From positions 58,315-122,314 of the forward strand of contig JAXMOL010000021.1 of the NCBI GenBank assembly GCA_034669905.1: a stretch of DNA of 64,000 nucleotides. The letters are read 5' to 3'. Shown here piece after piece: positions 56,572 through 64,000 of this stretch. The position numbers and the translations under genes are program-made. The DNA is from Candidatus Hydrogenedentota bacterium. Lineage in GTDB: Bacteria > Hydrogenedentota > Hydrogenedentia > Hydrogenedentales > JAEUWI01. Position 1 is the stretch's first letter; every line of letters starts with the position of its first letter. The notes under the pieces were generated by a model. It had not been told where the DNA came from and did no database searches. It worked only from the letters and a program-made list of their open reading frames with translations.

Positions 56572-57282
56572 ATGCTTCTTTCCCGTTCTTGCCTTGCCAT
56601 CTCGCTGCTGACTCTCGGCCTGGTATCCTTTTCATTGTCGTCCCGGGCGGAAAATGAGGCCCATCCCGCCACCAACCGCATTCCGGCTCATGTCATGAGC
56701 TACCGGGGAGCCAACTGGCTCGAAAGAGATGAGCGCTACCTGCTCGAGCAACCGGACCGTGTTATTGCGACGATGCGGTTGAAGCCCGGTGACGTCGTGG
56801 CCGATATTGGATCGGGGTCCGGCTACTTTACCCGACGCCTCGCAAAGGCCGTCCTGCCGACCGGCACGGTGTACGGCGTTGATATCCAGCCTGAGATGAA
56901 CGCTATCCTCGCAGAAAACTGTAAGAAGGAGGGGATTGCGAATGTGGAGATCATTCTCAGCGAGGAAGCCGATCCCAAACTGCCCGCGGACAGCGTGGAC
57001 TGGATGCTGCTCGTCGATGTGTACCACGAATTTCAGCAGCCCATTCCCATGCTCGCAAAAATGCGCGAGGCCTTGAAGCCGGGCGGGAAAGTGGCCTTGT
57101 TGGAATACCGTCTTCACGGAGACACGGGGGCCCATATCAAGAAGGACCATCGCATGTCGGTGGAGCAGGTGTTGGCGGAGTGGGAGCCAGCGGGTTTCCG
57201 GCTGGTAAAGCGGCACGAGTTCTTACCGACCCAGCACATGTTCATCTTTGAAAAGACGGAAACCGCCCATACGGCCAAGTGA
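56572..57282 (+). CDS. Exported class I SAM-dependent methyltransferase
   Basis: Signal peptide; VADIGSGSGYF, VDIQPEM, LVDVYHEF, LKPGG. Confidence 0.88.
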   Translation: MLLSRSCLAISLLTLGLVSFSLSSRAENEAHPATNRIPAHVMSYRGANWLERDERYLLEQPDRVIATMRLKPGDVVADIGSGSGYFTRRLAKAVLPTGTVYGVDIQPEMNAILAENCKKEGIANVEIILSEEADPKLPADSVDWMLLVDVYHEFQQPIPMLAKMREALKPGGKVALLEYRLHGDTGAHIKKDHRMSVEQVLAEWEPAGFRLVKRHEFLPTQHMFIFEKTETAHTAK

Positions 57283-57696
57283 ATGGACGGGGCACGTTTG
57301 CGGCGGGGTCGCCAGGAAACAACCGATGGCAGCAACCCTATCAACGGGCTTATAAATAAGCACTAATGGACACAATGGTTGCAGGTCACGAACGATGCAG
57401 GAAGCGCGTGGGCTCATCCCGATCGGCGTTCCTTCTCACTCAGTCGGTGTGCCGCGCTATCCTGCCATTTTCGGCGAGCGTGGTGTCAGTACCGCCTGAT
57501 TCGGATCGTAACCTGATTAATATCAATGGGATAGGGCTCTCGGAGCATGTTTTCCTGCAAAGAAACAAAGAAATTGCCTGTGCGTGCTACGGCGTCGCAT
57601 GGTGCGCGCACCAAGTCCTTTTGTAATTTTCGTTTTTCCAGCGTAAAATGTAGCAATACGTAAATCAATCGTTCCACCTTTTGGAGTACCCTGATA

Positions 57697-58992
57697 GTGA
57701 GCAAGAAAAATCTGACCCGGCGGCAGTTTATTAAACACTCGGCCGCGCTGAGTACGGCATTCGCCGTACCGACTATTATTCCGGCATCCGCCATGGGCGC
57801 CAGTGGTAACACGGCTCCCAGCGAACGCATCACGATGGGCGTTATCGGCAGTGGCGCGCAAGGCACCTCCAACATGACGGGCTTCCTGGGCTTCAATGAT
57901 GTCCAGATGGTCGCCATTGCCGACGTCGATAAAGCCCATCGGGAGGCGGCCGCGGCGATCGTCAATGGCAAATACGGCAACAAGGACTGCGCCGTCTACA
58001 ACGACTTCCGCGAACTCAATGACCGTGACGATATTGACGCGGTCATCGTGGGAACGCCGGATCACTGGCACGTGCTGAACGCCCTTGATGCGGTAAAGAA
58101 GGGCAAAGACGCCTACGTGCAAAAGCCTCTCGCGTGGTCCGTCGAGGAAGGTCGCGCCCTGTGTGACGCGGTCACCAAGCATGGCCGGGTACTTCAGACG
58201 GGAAGTCAGCAGCGCTCGGCAAAGCAATTTCGCCGCGCCTGTGAATTGGTCCGCAATGGCCGCATTGGTACGCTGAAATACATTAATGTAGGCATTCCCG
58301 GTAACAACAAGACCTGCGAGCCCACGTGGTCACCCGAACCTGTTCCGGCAGGCTTTGACTACGATCTCTGGCTGGGACCAGCGCCCTGGGCAGAGTACCA
58401 TCACCAGCGCTGCCACTATCAGTTCCGCTTCCTGCTCGATTACTCCGGTGGTCAGGTGACCAACTTTGGTGCCCACAACCTCGATATCGCCCAGTGGGGG
58501 CTTGGCATGGATGACTCCGGTCCCGTACAGGTTTCGGGCAACGGTATCTTCCCGGAATCCGGGCTCTTCACGACGGCGACGAAAACGTATTTCGAATGTA
58601 AGTACGCCAATGGCGTGGAGCTCGTCTGCAAGACTGGCAACTTCGGAATGACCTTTGAAGGTACCGAAGGCACCATCTATGTGGACCGCAAGCGCATCGT
58701 AACGACCCCGGATAGTATTCTCAAAGAGGATATTGGCGAAAACGATATCCATCTCTATGAAAGCAGCAACCACTACCGCAATTTCGCCGACTGTGTGAAG
58801 TCCCGCAAGGACCCCATCTGCACGGCAGAAATCGGCCACCGCTCTTCCACGGTCTGTAACCTTGGGAATATTGCCATGCGCCTTGGCCGCACCCTCGATT
58901 GGGATCCCGCAGCGGAACGTTTCGTCAACGACGATGAAGCGAATACCTACCTGGGCCGTGACATGCGCGGTGACTGGTCCCTGGAGGCCTAG
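57697..58992 (+). CDS. Tat-exported Gfo/Idh/MocA oxidoreductase
   Basis: LTRRQFIK Tat motif; GVIGSGAQG, TPDHWH, QKP, QTGSQQRS, DYDLWLGPAP. Confidence 0.92.
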   Translation: MSKKNLTRRQFIKHSAALSTAFAVPTIIPASAMGASGNTAPSERITMGVIGSGAQGTSNMTGFLGFNDVQMVAIADVDKAHREAAAAIVNGKYGNKDCAVYNDFRELNDRDDIDAVIVGTPDHWHVLNALDAVKKGKDAYVQKPLAWSVEEGRALCDAVTKHGRVLQTGSQQRSAKQFRRACELVRNGRIGTLKYINVGIPGNNKTCEPTWSPEPVPAGFDYDLWLGPAPWAEYHHQRCHYQFRFLLDYSGGQVTNFGAHNLDIAQWGLGMDDSGPVQVSGNGIFPESGLFTTATKTYFECKYANGVELVCKTGNFGMTFEGTEGTIYVDRKRIVTTPDSILKEDIGENDIHLYESSNHYRNFADCVKSRKDPICTAEIGHRSSTVCNLGNIAMRLGRTLDWDPAAERFVNDDEANTYLGRDMRGDWSLEA

Positions 58993-59110
58993 CAGGCTGC
59001 CTCGTTCACGACGCGGGATGGCATTCCCACGCGCGCGATGGACGGGGCCGTACCTGAGAGTACACCCGAATTAACCGAAACATCACGCAATCGCGTAAAG
59101 GATAAGACCG

Positions 59111-59734
59111 ATGGCAGAACCAGTCTGGCAGAATATATTTGATGGGAAAACCCTCGATGGTTGGAACCAGAAAAACGGCAAGGCCAAGTACCGTGTAGAA
59201 GACGGCCAAGTCGTTGGCACCACCGTGCTCGGTGAACCGAACAGCTTCATGTGCACCGACGTAATCTATGGGGATTTTGTTCTTGAATATGAGTTCAAAG
59301 TTCACCCCAAGATGAATTCCGGCGTGCAGATTCGCTCGAACAGCTATCCCGAGTACAAGGATGGCCGGGTCCACGGTTACCAGGTCGAAATTGACCCGTC
59401 CGACCGTGCCTGGACCGCGGGTATCTATGACGAAGCCCGGCGTGGCTGGCTGAATAACCTCGAGAATAATCCCAAGGCCCAGAAGGCCTTTAAGCAGAAT
59501 GAGTGGAACCACATACGGGTGGAAGCCAAGGGGGATAGTATTAAGACCTTCCTCAACGGCGTTCCTGCGGCTGATCTCAAAGACGGCATGACCTCCCGGG
59601 GCTTCATTGCGCTACAGGTGCACAGCACCAAAGAGAAAGAGCCCATGGAGATTCGCTGGAAGAACATCCGCCTCCAGGATCTCGACCGCGCCTTCCCGGT
59701 TGCCAAATCGGAGAAGGAGCAGCGTAAGGGATAG
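59111..59734 (+). CDS. DUF1080 (3-keto-disaccharide hydrolase) family protein
   Basis: IFDGKTLDGW, YGDFVLEYEF, NSGVQIRS, GYQVEI, EWNH, GFIALQVH. Confidence 0.92.
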   Translation: MAEPVWQNIFDGKTLDGWNQKNGKAKYRVEDGQVVGTTVLGEPNSFMCTDVIYGDFVLEYEFKVHPKMNSGVQIRSNSYPEYKDGRVHGYQVEIDPSDRAWTAGIYDEARRGWLNNLENNPKAQKAFKQNEWNHIRVEAKGDSIKTFLNGVPAADLKDGMTSRGFIALQVHSTKEKEPMEIRWKNIRLQDLDRAFPVAKSEKEQRKG

Positions 59735-59781
59735 CCTTTGTGGTGTGGTTGCATCGCAAGCGCGTAGATAGTGACTGATAC

Positions 59782-59826
59782 AGGGCGCAGAGCACGGTGA
59801 ATTCCTTGCTCTGCGCTTTTTGTTTT
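59782..59826 (+). terminator. Intrinsic terminator
   Basis: gcgcagagca...tgctctgcgc followed by a T-rich tail. Confidence 0.8.
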
Positions 59827-60006
59827 ATTCTCCAGGTTTCACGCTTGATACTACAACGGTACTGTGATAATCTCGTGTTCAGATGGTGGGGGTGAGGACT
59901 GTGAACGACCATCAACATGCGGGCATCGCGGAGGTCCCCACGGATTCGCTCGGGGCGAATTACAGGAGGGAGCGTTCTACCGTGAGCGGCAGAAAACGGG
60001 GGTTCC

Positions 60007-64000
<3,994 letters not shown>

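Noticed and set aside
57283..57696. 410-bp intergenic gap as a possible ncRNA or small CDS
   Set aside because: No convincing RBS-led ORF, known RNA motif or strong structure visible

Overview
A GC-rich bacterial chromosomal window with about 55 CDSs. I found no rRNA, tRNA, CRISPR array or transposase. Long (Glu-Gly)n linkers, a DUF1553/DUF1501 pair and many secreted BNR/Gfo-Idh-MocA/DUF1080 proteins suggest a Candidatus Hydrogenedentes-like organism (inference). Contents in order: a sugar uptake/sialidase-like locus, an ATE/Bpt aminoacyl transferase, MscS, a tandem pair of receptor Ser/Thr kinases, nhaA, gltA, a membrane-lipid remodelling island, DUF1553/DUF1501, two GT-C O-mannosyltransferase-like genes, two degenerate REC-GGDEF proteins and a PilZ protein, a WYL regulator-phoA unit, pgsA-der-plsY, a DtxR-feoAB locus, and the start of a giant beta-propeller/LRR/(EG)n surface protein missing from the ORF track. 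In the lipid island, btaAB sits behind a Pho-box-like promoter and converges on a furan-fatty-acid-type ufaD-ufaO-ufaM cluster whose promoter carries CarH/LitR-like 11-bp repeats. The best leads are this dual-signal lipid island and two tiny hydrophobic peptide genes with strong RBSs; one of them has a long structured leader and its own terminator. All family calls come from motif recognition, not database searches.
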